64,000 bases of DNA from Actinomycetota bacterium (GTDB lineage Bacteria > Actinomycetota > Geothermincolia > Fen-727 > Anoxymicrobiaceae): assembly GCA_043807425.1 (NCBI GenBank), contig JAZDFZ010000079.1:4301-68300 (forward strand), given 5' to 3'. The notes beneath the pieces were generated by a model that was given only the letters and a program-made list of their open reading frames with translations, searched no databases and was not told the DNA's origin. This document shows positions 41,491-53,340 of this stretch, piece after piece; position 1 is the first letter of the stretch; every line of letters starts with the position of its first letter. The translations under genes were made by a program, and so were the position numbers.

Positions 41491-43670
41491 CCTCCTCGGA
41501 GAAGCTCTTCGCGCTCACCAGGCGCTCGCTCTCCAAGAACGGCCAGCGACAGGTCGAGAGAGCCTACCGCTTCGCCGAGAGGTCCCACGAGGGGCAGTAC
41601 AGGAAATCGGGAGACCCCTACATCGAGCACCCGGTCGCGGTCGCGACCATCCTCGCCGAGCTGGAACTGGATCCCGATACCCTCTCCGCGGCCCTGCTGC
41701 ACGACGTCATCGAGGACACGTCTCTCACCATCGCCGATATCCGCGCCGAGTTCGGAGATGGAATCGCCGAGGTGATAGACGGGCTGACCAAGCTGGACCG
41801 CTTCAAGTTCGCCTCCGCCGAGGAGCAGCAGGCGGAGAACATCCGCAAGATGCTCATCGCCATGGCCTCCGACGTGCGGGTCATACTCATCAAGCTGGCG
41901 GACCGCCTCCACAACATGGAGACCATCTCCGCCCTGCCGCCGGCCCGCCGCCGCGAGATCGCCTCCGAGACGCTCGAGATCTATGGTCCGCTCGCCCACC
42001 GTTTCGGCATCAGCCAGGTTCGCTGGAGGCTGGAGGACCTCTCCTTCGAGGTGCTCTACCCGAAGCGGTACCAGCAGATCCAGCGCATGGTCGCCGAGCG
42101 CCGGGCCGAGCGCGAGATGTACATGCAGCAGGTGGCCGACCACATAAACAGGGAGCTGCGAAAGAACAGGATAAAGGCGGAGGTGTCCGGACGGGTCAAG
42201 CACTTCTACAGCATCTACGAGAAGATGGTGAACCGGGGTGTCGAGTTCGACGAGATCATGGACCTCTCGGCCGTGCGCGTGATAGTCGAATCGGTCAGGG
42301 ACTGCTACGGGGCGCTCGGGGTCATCCACTCCATGTGGGCTCCGGTGCCGGGGCGGTTCAAGGACTACATCGCCATGCCAAAGCTCAACATGTACCGCTC
42401 GCTGCACACCGTGGTCATCGCCCTGGAGGGCCGCCCGCTGGAGATACAGATCCGCACCGAGGAGATGCATCGCACCGCGGAGTACGGCATCGCCGCGCAC
42501 TGGCTCTACAAGGAGACCAAGAGACCACAGCACGGCGGCCGCACCTGGCTGAAGCAGGTCATGGAGTGGCAGCAGGAGATGAGCGACCCCACCGAGTTCA
42601 TGAAGACGCTGAAGATAGACCTTTTCTCCGACGAGGTCTTCGTCTTCACCCCGAAGGGTAAGGTGGTTTCCATGCCCCGCGGGGCGACGCCCATCGACTT
42701 CGCCTACAGCATCCACACCGAGGTGGGCCACTCCTGCGTGGGGTCCAAGGTCAACGGGAAGATGGTCCCACTCTCCTACCAGCTCCAGAACGGCGACATA
42801 GTCGAGATCATGACCTCCAAGACCTCGACCGGCCCCAGCCAGGACTGGATCAACATCGTGGAGACGCCGCGCGCGCGCAACAAGATACGGCAGTGGTTCA
42901 GCCGGGAACGGCGCGAGGACGAGCGCCACGAGGGCAAGGAGGCCCTGGACCGCGCCATGCGCAAGAGGAACCTGCCGTTCCAGCGCAAGGAAGTCTCGCG
43001 CGTGCTGGCCCAGATCGCTTCGGAGAACAACCTCTCCTCGGTGGAGGACCTCTACCGGTTGATCGGGGCGGGCCACATGTCCCCCAACCAGGTCGCCAAC
43101 AAGGTAGCCCACTACCTGGGCGGTGAGGAGAAGGCGGTGATCGTCCCGGAGGAGGAGGAGGCGGCCAAGCCGCGTGTCCTCGCCGAGGCGGAACAGGCAC
43201 GTCTCGGGCAGCGCATAAAGGTACACGGCCTGGAGCACGCCCTGGTCCAGGTGGCCCACTGCTGTTACCCGGCCCCCGGGGACGAGATCGTGGGGTTTGT
43301 GACCCGGGGTCGGGGCGTATCCGTGCACAGGGTGGACTGCCCGAACATCCAGGGCCTCTCGAAGGAGTCGGACAGGATGCTCACGGTCTCCTGGGCCAGG
43401 CCGGAGCCCGCGGTGAGGGTGGTGGAGATCTGCGTAGAGGCGTGGGACCGCCCCAAGCTGGTGAGGGATATCACGACCGTGCTCGGGGACCAGCACGTCA
43501 ACCTGCTGTCGGCGACGTTCTCCTCCGACGAGGAGCACCTCTCCAAGAGCCGGTTCATCTTCGAGGTGGGATCGACGGACCACCTGGCGCAGATACTCCG
43601 CGAGCTGAAGAAGGTCGGCTCGGTCATAGACGCCTACGACATCCGCGACGAAGCCGAGACCGCCGATTAA
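41487..43670 (+). CDS. rel: Bifunctional (p)ppGpp synthetase/hydrolase Rel
   Basis: HD hydrolase (HPVAVATILAEL...HDVIEDT), synthetase (YIAMPKLNMYRSLHT) and the TGS and ACT C-terminal domains. 727 aa. Confidence 0.96.
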   Translation: MTSSEKLFALTRRSLSKNGQRQVERAYRFAERSHEGQYRKSGDPYIEHPVAVATILAELELDPDTLSAALLHDVIEDTSLTIADIRAEFGDGIAEVIDGLTKLDRFKFASAEEQQAENIRKMLIAMASDVRVILIKLADRLHNMETISALPPARRREIASETLEIYGPLAHRFGISQVRWRLEDLSFEVLYPKRYQQIQRMVAERRAEREMYMQQVADHINRELRKNRIKAEVSGRVKHFYSIYEKMVNRGVEFDEIMDLSAVRVIVESVRDCYGALGVIHSMWAPVPGRFKDYIAMPKLNMYRSLHTVVIALEGRPLEIQIRTEEMHRTAEYGIAAHWLYKETKRPQHGGRTWLKQVMEWQQEMSDPTEFMKTLKIDLFSDEVFVFTPKGKVVSMPRGATPIDFAYSIHTEVGHSCVGSKVNGKMVPLSYQLQNGDIVEIMTSKTSTGPSQDWINIVETPRARNKIRQWFSRERREDERHEGKEALDRAMRKRNLPFQRKEVSRVLAQIASENNLSSVEDLYRLIGAGHMSPNQVANKVAHYLGGEEKAVIVPEEEEAAKPRVLAEAEQARLGQRIKVHGLEHALVQVAHCCYPAPGDEIVGFVTRGRGVSVHRVDCPNIQGLSKESDRMLTVSWARPEPAVRVVEICVEAWDRPKLVRDITTVLGDQHVNLLSATFSSDEEHLSKSRFIFEVGSTDHLAQILRELKKVGSVIDAYDIRDEAETAD

Positions 43671-43674
43671 GAAA

Positions 43675-43707
43675 GAGTGGCGTCAGACGTTTTCATTGCG
43701 TTGTGTC
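43675..43707 (+). repeat. 33-nt repeat family R1, copy A (just after the rel stop)
   Basis: GAGTGGCGTCAGACGTTTTCATTGCGTTGTGTC. A 32/33-identical copy lies at 48102-48134, just after the aspS stop. Confidence 0.75.
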
Positions 43708-43733
43708 GTTGTTCTAATCGACGTACTCCAACT

Positions 43734-43782
43734 GACTAGGATAGGACTAGGATAGGGGTCAGGCACGAGTCAAGTCATATTC
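43734..43782 (+). repeat. Repeat family R2, copy A, with an 11-nt tandem duplication
   Basis: GACTAGGATAG occurs twice (43734-43744 and 43745-43755). It continues as GGGTCAGGCACGAGTCAAGTCATATTC, matching the copies at 17021-17053 and 17091-17126 (reverse orientation). Confidence 0.7.
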
Positions 43783-43798
43783 ATGGGGGTGTGTCACG

Positions 43799-44260
43799 AG
43801 AGCGGTAGTCCAGAGGGTCAGTCGCTGCTCGGTCAGCGTCGATGGCGAAGAGGTCTCTTCGACTGGTGAAGGCCTCCTGGTGCTCCTGGGAGTGGCCGCA
43901 GGCGACACCGAGCGCGAGCTTGAGTGGATGGCCGAAAAGGTCTTGAACCTGCGCATCTTCCCGGACTCCGGGGGCCTGATGAACCTCTCTATCCTGGACA
44001 TCGGTGGCGAGGTGATGGTGGTCAGCCAGTTCACGCTGCTGGCGGACTGCCGCAAGGGTCGCAGGCCTTCTTTCGTGGACGCCGAGGAGCCCGGACGGGC
44101 CGAGGAGATCTACGGGCGCTTCATGGCCCGGCTGGCGGAAGCGGGGGTCCGCGTGGCCGGCGGCGTGTTCGGCGCCATGATGGACGTGGATCTGGTGAAC
44201 TCGGGCCCGGTGACCATTATCCTCGATAGTCCTTTAACGCCAATTCCCGCGTTCGACTAG
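43799..44260 (+). CDS. dtd: D-aminoacyl-tRNA deacylase (start codon unresolved)
   Basis: Translation from 43799 gives [19 protein letters not shown]...[12 protein letters not shown]...NLSILD...[10 protein letters not shown]...GPVTIILD, a full-length Dtd. No in-frame ATG, GTG or TTG exists between the upstream in-frame stop (43754) and GTG 43880. Confidence 0.75.
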   Translation, partial: RAVVQRVSRCSVSVDGEEVSSTGEGLLVLLGVAAGDTERELEWMAEKVLNLRIFPDSGGLMNLSILDIGGEVMVVSQFTLLADCRKGRRPSFVDAEEPGRAEEIYGRFMARLAEAGVRVAGGVFGAMMDVDLVNSGPVTIILDSPLTPIPAFD

Positions 44261-44328
44261 TATAATCATCACCGTATGATTCGCGAGCGGGGTCAGGAAG
44301 CCCCGGTCTTTCACCAAGGACAACCGAT

Positions 44329-44982
44329 TTGCCCGAACTGATAGTAAAGACGCTCGAGGTCGGGATGCTCGGCACCTCCTGCTACCTGGTCATGGACGGC
44401 TCGCCCGGGCCCGGGTTCATAATCGACCCCGGGGCCGAGGCCCGCGTGATCGTGGAGACGGCGGGCTCGAGCGGGATGGCCTGCCACGGCATTCTCTGCA
44501 CCCACGGTCACATGGACCACGTGGGCGCCGCAGCGAAGGTGGCTCAGGCCCTCGAGGCGCCGGTGTACATCTCCGGGCTGGACAGCGGGGCCCTCACCGG
44601 GCACGGCCACGGTATAGCCGGGCGCCTGACCTCGCTCGCGGTCTCGAAGCCCGGTGGAGTGGAGACGGTCCAGGACGGCGACACGCTGGATTTTGGCTCG
44701 CGCTCCGTTACCGTGCTGGACACCCCCGGCCACACCCCCGGCTCGGTGAGCTTTCTGTGCGAGGACAACATCTTCTGCGGGGACCTGGTCTTCCTGGGCG
44801 GGGTGGGCAGGACCGACCTGCGCGGGGGCTCGTTCGCCGACCTGCTCGACTCGGTGATCCGCCACGTCTTCACCCTGCCCGACGAAGCCGTCATCTACCC
44901 CGGGCACGGGCCGGCTACCACCGTCGGGCGCGAGAGGTCTTCCAACCCGTTCCTGCGCGAGCTGGGGGCGAGAGGGCAATGA
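44329..44982 (+). CDS. MBL-fold metallo-hydrolase (glyoxalase II-like)
   Basis: THGHMDHVG metal motif, and TPGHTPGS plus a D...H downstream. TTG start. Confidence 0.85.
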   Translation: MPELIVKTLEVGMLGTSCYLVMDGSPGPGFIIDPGAEARVIVETAGSSGMACHGILCTHGHMDHVGAAAKVAQALEAPVYISGLDSGALTGHGHGIAGRLTSLAVSKPGGVETVQDGDTLDFGSRSVTVLDTPGHTPGSVSFLCEDNIFCGDLVFLGGVGRTDLRGGSFADLLDSVIRHVFTLPDEAVIYPGHGPATTVGRERSSNPFLRELGARGQ

Positions 44983-46250
44983 CGCGTTACAAGGCTCCCA
45001 GGGGCACCTCCGACCTCGTCTTCCCCGACTCGGAGAAGATGGAGAAGCTCATCGAGGCCGCGTGCGCGCTGATGAGGGAGCGTGGCTACCGGCGGATCGA
45101 TACCCCCATACTCGAGGACACAGAGCTCTTCACGCGCAGCATCGGCGAGGACAGCGACATAGTCACAAAGGAGATGTACACCTTCGAGGACCGGGGCGGC
45201 GAGTCTTTGACCATGCGTCCGGAGGGGACGGCGCCGGTGGTCCGTGCCTACCTGGAGCGAGGGCTGGCATCCCGCGGTCTGCCGGTTAAGGTCTACTACG
45301 TGGGACCGATGTTCCGCAGGGAGAGGCCGCAGGCCGGGCGGTTCAGGCAGTTCACGCAGATAGGCGGGGAGGCGATAGGCAGCGAGGACCCGTTCCTCGA
45401 CGCCGAGATCATCTCGTTCAACCATGTCCTCTTCGCCCGCCTGGGCCTCACCCGATACCGCCTGCTGGTCAACAGCGTGGGATGTCGCGAGTGCCGGCCG
45501 GCCTACGTGGACCGCCTGCGTTCCTTCCTCGAGGCGATGAAGGACGGCCTCTGCGAGCAGTGCGTCAGGCGCACGGAAACGAACCCCCTGCGGGTCTTCG
45601 ACTGCAAGAACGAGAGGTGCCGCGCCACGCTGGAGGGCGCGCCGACGATAGGAGAGCACCTCTGCCCCCGCTGCAGGGAGCACTTCGACGCCGTGCTGGC
45701 CCACCTCGACGGACTGGAGGTGAGGTTCGAGGTGGACGAGCGGATGGTGCGCGGCCTCGACTACTACACCAACACCGCGTTCGAGTTCCAGTTCGAGGGG
45801 CTGGGGGCGCAGAACACCGTGTGCGGCGGGGGACGCTACGACGGCCTTGCCGAGGAGCTGGGCGGGCCCCCGACCCCGGGGGTCGGCTACAGCATGGGCC
45901 TGGAGCGCCTGCTGATGGCCCTGGACGCCGAGGGGCTGGACCCGTTCGAGCCCGAGCGACTGGCCGTGTTCCTGGCGGCCGCCCCGGGTGTGGAGCGCGA
46001 GCCGGTGCTTCGGCTCCTCGAGAGCCTGAGGGCGGAAGGGATCAGCGCGGACACCGACTTCCTGGGCCGCGGCCTCAAGGCCCAGATGAAGCAGGCGGAC
46101 CGGCTCGGCGCGCGCGTAGTGGTGATGATCGGGGAAGAGGAGCTGGCCTCCGGCGAGGTCACCGTGCGGGACCTCGACGCCTCCGAGCAACTGAGGGTGT
46201 CCGCCGAGGGGCTCGTCGAGCGGATACGGGGAATGCTGGCCGGAGGCTGA
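44979..46250 (+). CDS. hisS: Histidyl-tRNA synthetase
   Basis: [13 protein letters not shown], motif 2 ([16 protein letters not shown]), GGGRYDGL and a C-terminal anticodon-binding domain. ATGA overlap with the MBL gene. Confidence 0.96.
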   Translation: MTRYKAPRGTSDLVFPDSEKMEKLIEAACALMRERGYRRIDTPILEDTELFTRSIGEDSDIVTKEMYTFEDRGGESLTMRPEGTAPVVRAYLERGLASRGLPVKVYYVGPMFRRERPQAGRFRQFTQIGGEAIGSEDPFLDAEIISFNHVLFARLGLTRYRLLVNSVGCRECRPAYVDRLRSFLEAMKDGLCEQCVRRTETNPLRVFDCKNERCRATLEGAPTIGEHLCPRCREHFDAVLAHLDGLEVRFEVDERMVRGLDYYTNTAFEFQFEGLGAQNTVCGGGRYDGLAEELGGPPTPGVGYSMGLERLLMALDAEGLDPFEPERLAVFLAAAPGVEREPVLRLLESLRAEGISADTDFLGRGLKAQMKQADRLGARVVVMIGEEELASGEVTVRDLDASEQLRVSAEGLVERIRGMLAGG

Positions 46251-46256
46251 GAAACC

Positions 46257-46283
46257 GTGCAAAAGGGTCTGACCCTTTTGCAC
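46257..46283. other. Perfect 13/13 palindrome between hisS and aspS
   Basis: GTGCAAAAGGGTC-T-GACCCTTTTGCAC, 7 nt after the hisS stop, with no U-tract. Shares the GTGCAAAAGGG motif with 48142-48165. Confidence 0.6.
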
Positions 46284-46309
46284 ATAGGGGAGTAGAAAGC
46301 CGGGTGGAG

Positions 46310-48100
46310 ATGGACACGGAGGGGACCCGAAGCGAGCTGGAGGTATCGTTCGCCCTCAAGCGGACCGACTGGTGCGGCGAGATCCGGGCCGGGGACATCG
46401 GCCGCGAGGTCGTCGTGGACGGCTGGGTCGCCAGGAGGCGCGACCATGGTGGCCTGATCTTCATCGACCTGCGGGATACCACCGGGGTGATCCAGGTCGT
46501 CTGCGACCCCAGGGAGAGCAGCGGGTCGCACGCGACGGCGGAGGGGGTCCGGCCCGAGTACGTCCTGGGCGTGAGGGGCAGGGTCCGCGAGCGCCCCGAG
46601 GGCACCGAGAACCCCGATATGCCCACCGGCCGGGTCGAGGTCGTAGTCGAGGAGATCGAGGTGATGAACGCCTCGGAGACGCCGCCGTTCGAGATACGCG
46701 ACGGGATAAACGTGGACGAGAAGGTGCGCCTGCAGTACCGGTTCTGCGACCTGAGGCGCGAGGAGATGATGGCCGGCTTCAAGCTGCGGCACCGGATCGT
46801 CAACGCGACCCACCGTTACCTCGATTCACAGAGGTTCACGGAGGTGGAGACCCCGCAGCTGTGCAAGAGCACGCCGGAGGGCGCGCGCGATTACCTCGTA
46901 CCCTCGCGCGTGCAGCCGGGCAGGTTCTACGCGCTGCCGCAGTCCCCGCAGCTGTTCAAGCAGGTCCTCATGGTCTCGGGTTTCGACCGCTACTACCAGA
47001 TAGCCCGCTGCTTCCGTGACGAGGACCTGCGGGCGGACCGGCAGCCCGAGTTCACCCAGGTCGACCTGGAGATGTCGTTCGTCGATGAGGACGACGTCAT
47101 CGCGGTCATCGACGGGATGCTCTCCGCGGTATTCGAGGCGACGGGGCGCACGCTGGCAACCCCCGTCGAGCGCATGCCGTATGACCGGGCCATGGAGCTG
47201 TACGGCACAGACAGGCCGGACCTTCGCTACGGGCTGCGCATGGGCACGCTCGACGGCGTCTTCGCGGGCACGGAGTTCAAGGTGTTCGCCGAGACGCTGG
47301 CCTCCGGCGGCTGCATCCGGGGCATGCGCGTGGAGGGTGGCTCGTCGATGTCGCGCTCAGCGCTGGACGGCTGGAACAAGGCCGCCCAGCAGGAGGGCGC
47401 GGCCGGGATGATTTGGATGGTGCGCGAGGAAGACGGACTCCGCTCTCCGGTGGCCAAGTACCTGACCGGGCCCGAGCAGGAGGGGCTGGCCCGTAACCTG
47501 GAGCTGGAGACGGGGGACGCGGCGTTCGTGCTGGCGGGCAAGCGCTGGGACTGCGACGAGATACTCTACACGCTGCGCCCCAGGGTAGCCGGATCTCTGG
47601 GCATGGGCTCGGCCGACGAGTTCCGCCTGGTCTGGATAGTGGATTGGCCGCTGCTCGAGTACGACCGGGTCGAGCAGCGCTACAAGGCGCTGCACCATCC
47701 GTTCACCAGTCCCACTGAGGACTCGCTGCCCGGCCTGGAGGACGACCCGCTCTCGGCCAGGGCCCGCGCCTACGACATAGTGATGAACGGCGTCGAGATC
47801 GGGGGCGGTTCGATCCGTATCCACCGCCGGGACGTGCAGGAGCGCATGTTCTCCCTGCTGGGCATCGAGCCCGGGGAGTTCCGCACCCGGTTCGGCTTCC
47901 TGCTGGAGGCGCTGCAGTACGGGGCGCCACCCCACGGAGGCGTCGCGCTCGGGCTGGACCGCCTGGTGATGCTGCTCGCCGGACGGGAGACCATCCGCGA
48001 CGTCATCGCCTTCCCCAAGACGCAGTCGGCCTCCGACCTCATGACCGGCGCGCCCGACGAGGTCTCGCCGGCACAGCTCCGCGAGCTGGGTTTGAAATGA
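46310..48100 (+). CDS. aspS: Aspartyl-tRNA synthetase (bacterial type)
   Basis: OB-fold N-domain ([19 protein letters not shown]), motif 1 and the [16 protein letters not shown] motif 2. Also has the GAD insertion and motif 3 (GGVALGLDR). The tracked ORF from 45482 overlaps hisS out of frame. Confidence 0.96.
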   Translation: MDTEGTRSELEVSFALKRTDWCGEIRAGDIGREVVVDGWVARRRDHGGLIFIDLRDTTGVIQVVCDPRESSGSHATAEGVRPEYVLGVRGRVRERPEGTENPDMPTGRVEVVVEEIEVMNASETPPFEIRDGINVDEKVRLQYRFCDLRREEMMAGFKLRHRIVNATHRYLDSQRFTEVETPQLCKSTPEGARDYLVPSRVQPGRFYALPQSPQLFKQVLMVSGFDRYYQIARCFRDEDLRADRQPEFTQVDLEMSFVDEDDVIAVIDGMLSAVFEATGRTLATPVERMPYDRAMELYGTDRPDLRYGLRMGTLDGVFAGTEFKVFAETLASGGCIRGMRVEGGSSMSRSALDGWNKAAQQEGAAGMIWMVREEDGLRSPVAKYLTGPEQEGLARNLELETGDAAFVLAGKRWDCDEILYTLRPRVAGSLGMGSADEFRLVWIVDWPLLEYDRVEQRYKALHHPFTSPTEDSLPGLEDDPLSARARAYDIVMNGVEIGGGSIRIHRRDVQERMFSLLGIEPGEFRTRFGFLLEALQYGAPPHGGVALGLDRLVMLLAGRETIRDVIAFPKTQSASDLMTGAPDEVSPAQLRELGLK

Positions 48101-48101
48101 T

Positions 48102-48134
48102 GAGTGGCGTCAGACGTTTTCATTGCGTTTTGTC
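48102..48134 (+). repeat. 33-nt repeat family R1, copy B (just after the aspS stop)
   Basis: GAGTGGCGTCAGACGTTTTCATTGCGTTTTGTC. One mismatch relative to 43675-43707. Confidence 0.75.
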
Positions 48135-48143
48135 CTTGGGGGT

Positions 48144-48231
48144 GCAAAAGGGGGGCAAAAGGGGGGTCAAACCAGAAAATTTTCATTTTTTACAATACCA
48201 CGTAAAAAACCAAAAATTAAGGTTTGACCCC
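48144..48231. repeat. 11-nt tandem repeat plus an 11-bp inverted repeat flanking an AT-rich core
   Basis: GCAAAAGGGGG occurs twice (48144-48154 and 48155-48165). GGGGTCAAACC (48163-48173) and GGTTTGACCCC (48221-48231) flank 47 nt of very AT-rich sequence. Confidence 0.7.
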
Positions 48232-48293
48232 AAGTGTTATAGTATGCAACGTATTTTTTTCAAGAGTTGGTCGGTGACCGGAGAGGGGTTCGG

Positions 48294-48641
48294 ATGGGTC
48301 ACGTCGCCGGACTTGTAGCGGCAATCGCCTTCGCCTGCATGGCGGTGTTCACCGCGATCCTGCTGTACCAGCTGGTCAAGACCATGGGTATCCTCAACAT
48401 GTTCCTCAACGACGTGCGCGTGGAGACCATCCCGCTCATGAAGAAGGTCGGTACCACCGTCGACCACGTCAACACGGAGCTCGACCGCGTGGACGGCATC
48501 CTCACGGCGGCCGAATCGATGGCCGAGAAGGCGAACACCGCCACCAAGGTCGTCAGTGAGGTCGTCACCTCCCCGATCGTGAAGATCATCGGTGTGAGTG
48601 CGGGGCTGGGCAAGGCCTACACCAGGTTCAAACGGCGCTGA
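48294..48641 (+). CDS. DUF948-domain membrane-anchored protein
   Basis: N-terminal TM helix, then a coiled-coil-like region (LNMFLNDVRVETIPLMKKVGTTVDHVNTELDRVDGIL) typical of DUF948. The ATG at 48294 is preceded by GGAGAGGGG. Confidence 0.7.
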   Translation: MGHVAGLVAAIAFACMAVFTAILLYQLVKTMGILNMFLNDVRVETIPLMKKVGTTVDHVNTELDRVDGILTAAESMAEKANTATKVVSEVVTSPIVKIIGVSAGLGKAYTRFKRR

Positions 48642-48761
48642 GCCGGGTCAACCAAACGCCTACTCCCCTCCGTACCGGACTGATCGATATCGTCCGCTAT
48701 AATCAGGTCTTGGGTTACAATGTTTCTTTACTCCCGTTGGTAATCCGGAGGAAGCCGGCAA

Positions 48762-51386
<2,625 letters not shown>

Positions 51387-51533
51387 ACGCGACAACGTGA
51401 ACCGAAGACCGTAATCAAGAAGAGCACAGGCAATTGGGGTCGGACACTTGCATGCGCTCGATGACGCTTCCCGACATGTCGACATAGCGCGCGAAATTGT
51501 CCGACGCCACGGTGGACAAGACCAGGACAAACA

Positions 51534-51962
51534 ATGAAAAAGTCGAGGATCATCGGGCTGGACGTGGGTGAGCGGAGGATCGGGGTGGCACTGAGCGACC
51601 CGCTTGGCCACACCGCCCAGCCGCACCTCACCATCGAGAACGACGATCGCGCCATGCGCCGCATCTGCGAGCTGGCCTCGGAGTCGGGCGTCGGGCGCGT
51701 GGTTGTGGGTCTCCCGCTACTCCTCGACGGCCGCGAGGGCGCGCAGGCCGCCAAAGCGCGGGAGTTCGCCTCACGCCTCGGCGAGCACCTGTCCCTGCCC
51801 GTCGAGATGATCGACGAGCGGCTCACCACCCGCCAGGCCACCTCTATCATCTCCAGGAGCGAGGGCGCCGGGAAGAAGGACAGGGGAGCCTCGGACCGGG
51901 TGGCGGCTGCCCTGATCCTCCAGTCGTACATGGATGGCCGCGGGGTGGACACGGATGCCTGA
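51534..51962 (+). CDS. ruvX: Putative pre-16S rRNA nuclease / Holliday junction resolvase-like YqgF
   Basis: IIGLDVGERRIGVALSD and a length of 142 aa. Its position between alaS and mltG is conserved. Confidence 0.92.
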   Translation: MKKSRIIGLDVGERRIGVALSDPLGHTAQPHLTIENDDRAMRRICELASESGVGRVVVGLPLLLDGREGAQAAKAREFASRLGEHLSLPVEMIDERLTTRQATSIISRSEGAGKKDRGASDRVAAALILQSYMDGRGVDTDA

Positions 51963-52842
51963 TACTCACCTCTACGGCAGGAGGTCGGAGCGCAGGCGCG
52001 AGAAGGCCAGGCTCAGGGTGGAGCGCCGGCGCCGGGTGCTGGCGGGGGTCGGCATCGGCCTCGCGGTCCTCGTCGTCGCGGGTCTCGTGGGCGGAATCAT
52101 CATCTTCAGGAAGGTGAAGGCGGACAAAGCCCGCAAGGTCGTAACCTACTCCGTCACCATACCCGAGGGTTTCACCAACGAGCAGACCGCCGAGCGGGTG
52201 GCCGAGGAGACCAAGGGGAGTATCAGCCGGGCCGAGTTCCTGGCCGCGCTGGAGCAGGACTACGACTACCCGTTCCTCGATGGTGCCTACCTCGAGACGG
52301 GGCCGGAGGCCCGCATGCAGGGTTTCCTGTTCCCCAAGACTTACGAGGCGACCAACAAGTCGAGCGCGCGCGCCGTGGTGAACAAGTTGCTACACCAGTA
52401 CGGGGTCGAGACGGGTGACCTGGACTGGAGCCGGGCGTCGAGCCTGGGGCTCACGCCCTACCAGGTCCTGATCGCCGCCTCTCTCATCGAGAAGGAGGCC
52501 AAGCTCGCCGACGACAGGCCGCTCGTCGCATCGGTCATCTACAACAGGCTGGCCGGGAACATGAAGCTCCAGTTCTGCTCGACCGTGGAGTACGCGCTCG
52601 GGGAATGGAAGGAGACGCTCACGGAAGAGGATCTGGAGGTGGACTCACCCTACAATACCTACCAGGTGAGCGGGCTTCCCCCCACCCCGATATGCAACCC
52701 GGGATTCGAGTCGATCCGGGCGGCTCTGTACCCGGCCGCCACCGACTACTTATACTTCATACTGACGGGGCCGGATGGAAAGCACAGCTTCACCGGCGAT
52801 TACCAGCAGTTCCTCCTCTGGAAGAAGCAGCAGGGCGGATAG
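51955..52842 (+). CDS. mltG: Endolytic murein transglycosylase MltG (YceG-like)
   Basis: N-terminal TM anchor and the catalytic region LIAASLIEKEA...VIYNRL...YNTYQVSGLPPTPICNPG. The ATG at 51955 overlaps the ruvX stop; the tracked ORF begins at 51934. Confidence 0.92.
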   Translation: MPDTHLYGRRSERRREKARLRVERRRRVLAGVGIGLAVLVVAGLVGGIIIFRKVKADKARKVVTYSVTIPEGFTNEQTAERVAEETKGSISRAEFLAALEQDYDYPFLDGAYLETGPEARMQGFLFPKTYEATNKSSARAVVNKLLHQYGVETGDLDWSRASSLGLTPYQVLIAASLIEKEAKLADDRPLVASVIYNRLAGNMKLQFCSTVEYALGEWKETLTEEDLEVDSPYNTYQVSGLPPTPICNPGFESIRAALYPAATDYLYFILTGPDGKHSFTGDYQQFLLWKKQQGG

Positions 52843-52854
52843 CGGGAGAGCGGC

Positions 52855-53340
52855 TTGGCCGAGGATAACCTGGGGTACAGGTCACAGCTGATGACCTTGA
52901 TGAGGATAGCCCTCATCCTGGACACGGCGGGAGAGGGCGTGCTGGGCAAGGGCGCACCGGCCATGATGTACCAGGCCGGCCGCGACGCCGGGTGCTCCCA
53001 GGGATGCGCCCCCGGTGAAACGGGCGATATGGAGCAGGCGCTCTCCATGGTCCTGACCGAGGGGGACGAGGTCTGGGAGTTCGAGCGCTGGAGCGATCCC
53101 AGGCAGGACTCCCGCTGGATGGACGGCGGCGACCGCACATCCACCTGGATACTCTTCAGGCGCTGCCCGCTGCTGACCCTCTCGAGGAAGGCGGGCAGCA
53201 TTCCGGGAGGCCTCCTGTGCCAGGCCCTCCACGGCTACATGGCGGGCTCCATGGAGCGGGTGATGGGACGGCGCGTCGACATGAAGGTGGAGCACTGCGG
53301 GCCGAGGGCCTGCAAGGTGCTGGTGGAGCTGAGGACCTGA
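52855..53340 (+). CDS. V4R (4-vinyl reductase-like) domain protein
   Basis: 161-aa ORF with a C-terminal V4R-type pattern: RRCPLL...GGLLCQALHGYMAGSMERVMGRRVDMKVEHCGPRACKVLVEL. The TTG start lies 12 nt after the mltG stop. Its TGA overlaps the ATG of the next gene. Confidence 0.7.
   Translation: MAEDNLGYRSQLMTLMRIALILDTAGEGVLGKGAPAMMYQAGRDAGCSQGCAPGETGDMEQALSMVLTEGDEVWEFERWSDPRQDSRWMDGGDRTSTWILFRRCPLLTLSRKAGSIPGGLLCQALHGYMAGSMERVMGRRVDMKVEHCGPRACKVLVELRT

Noticed and set aside
41220-43583. 787-aa ORF on the minus strand antisense to rel. Similar long antisense or alternative-frame ORFs occur elsewhere, for example 18177-20237, 28596-30209, 15428-16870, 5946-7154 and 58902-60134.
   Set aside because: Their translations are Arg/Gly/Pro/Ala/His-rich low-information sequences with no recognisable motifs. 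They fully overlap genes that carry unmistakable family signatures on the other strand or frame. This is the expected stop-codon depletion of high-GC DNA.
45482-48100. 872-aa ORF that would suggest a giant HisRS/AspRS fusion. N-terminally extended tracked ORFs occur likewise for pyrH (12357), yebC (32128), queA (35455), the PatA-like gene (20323) and the hydrogenase small subunit (53217).
   Set aside because: The upstream parts overlap the preceding gene in a different frame and translate to Arg/Pro-rich nonsense. In each case a start with the canonical N-terminus sits at or near the upstream stop codon, often as an ATGA or TGATG overlap.
48224-48243. TTGACC ... TATAGT as a promoter for the DUF948-alaS operon.
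   Set aside because: The spacer between the two hexamers is only 8 nt, which is incompatible with sigma-70-type spacing. No alternative -10 lies at 16-18 nt.
48642-48761. T-box or other aaRS leader riboswitches upstream of alaS, proS, hisS and aspS.
   Set aside because: The spacers are only about 6-120 nt, too short for a T-box of about 200 nt or more. No specifier-loop or T-box consensus (AANNNGGUGNNACCGCG-like) was seen.
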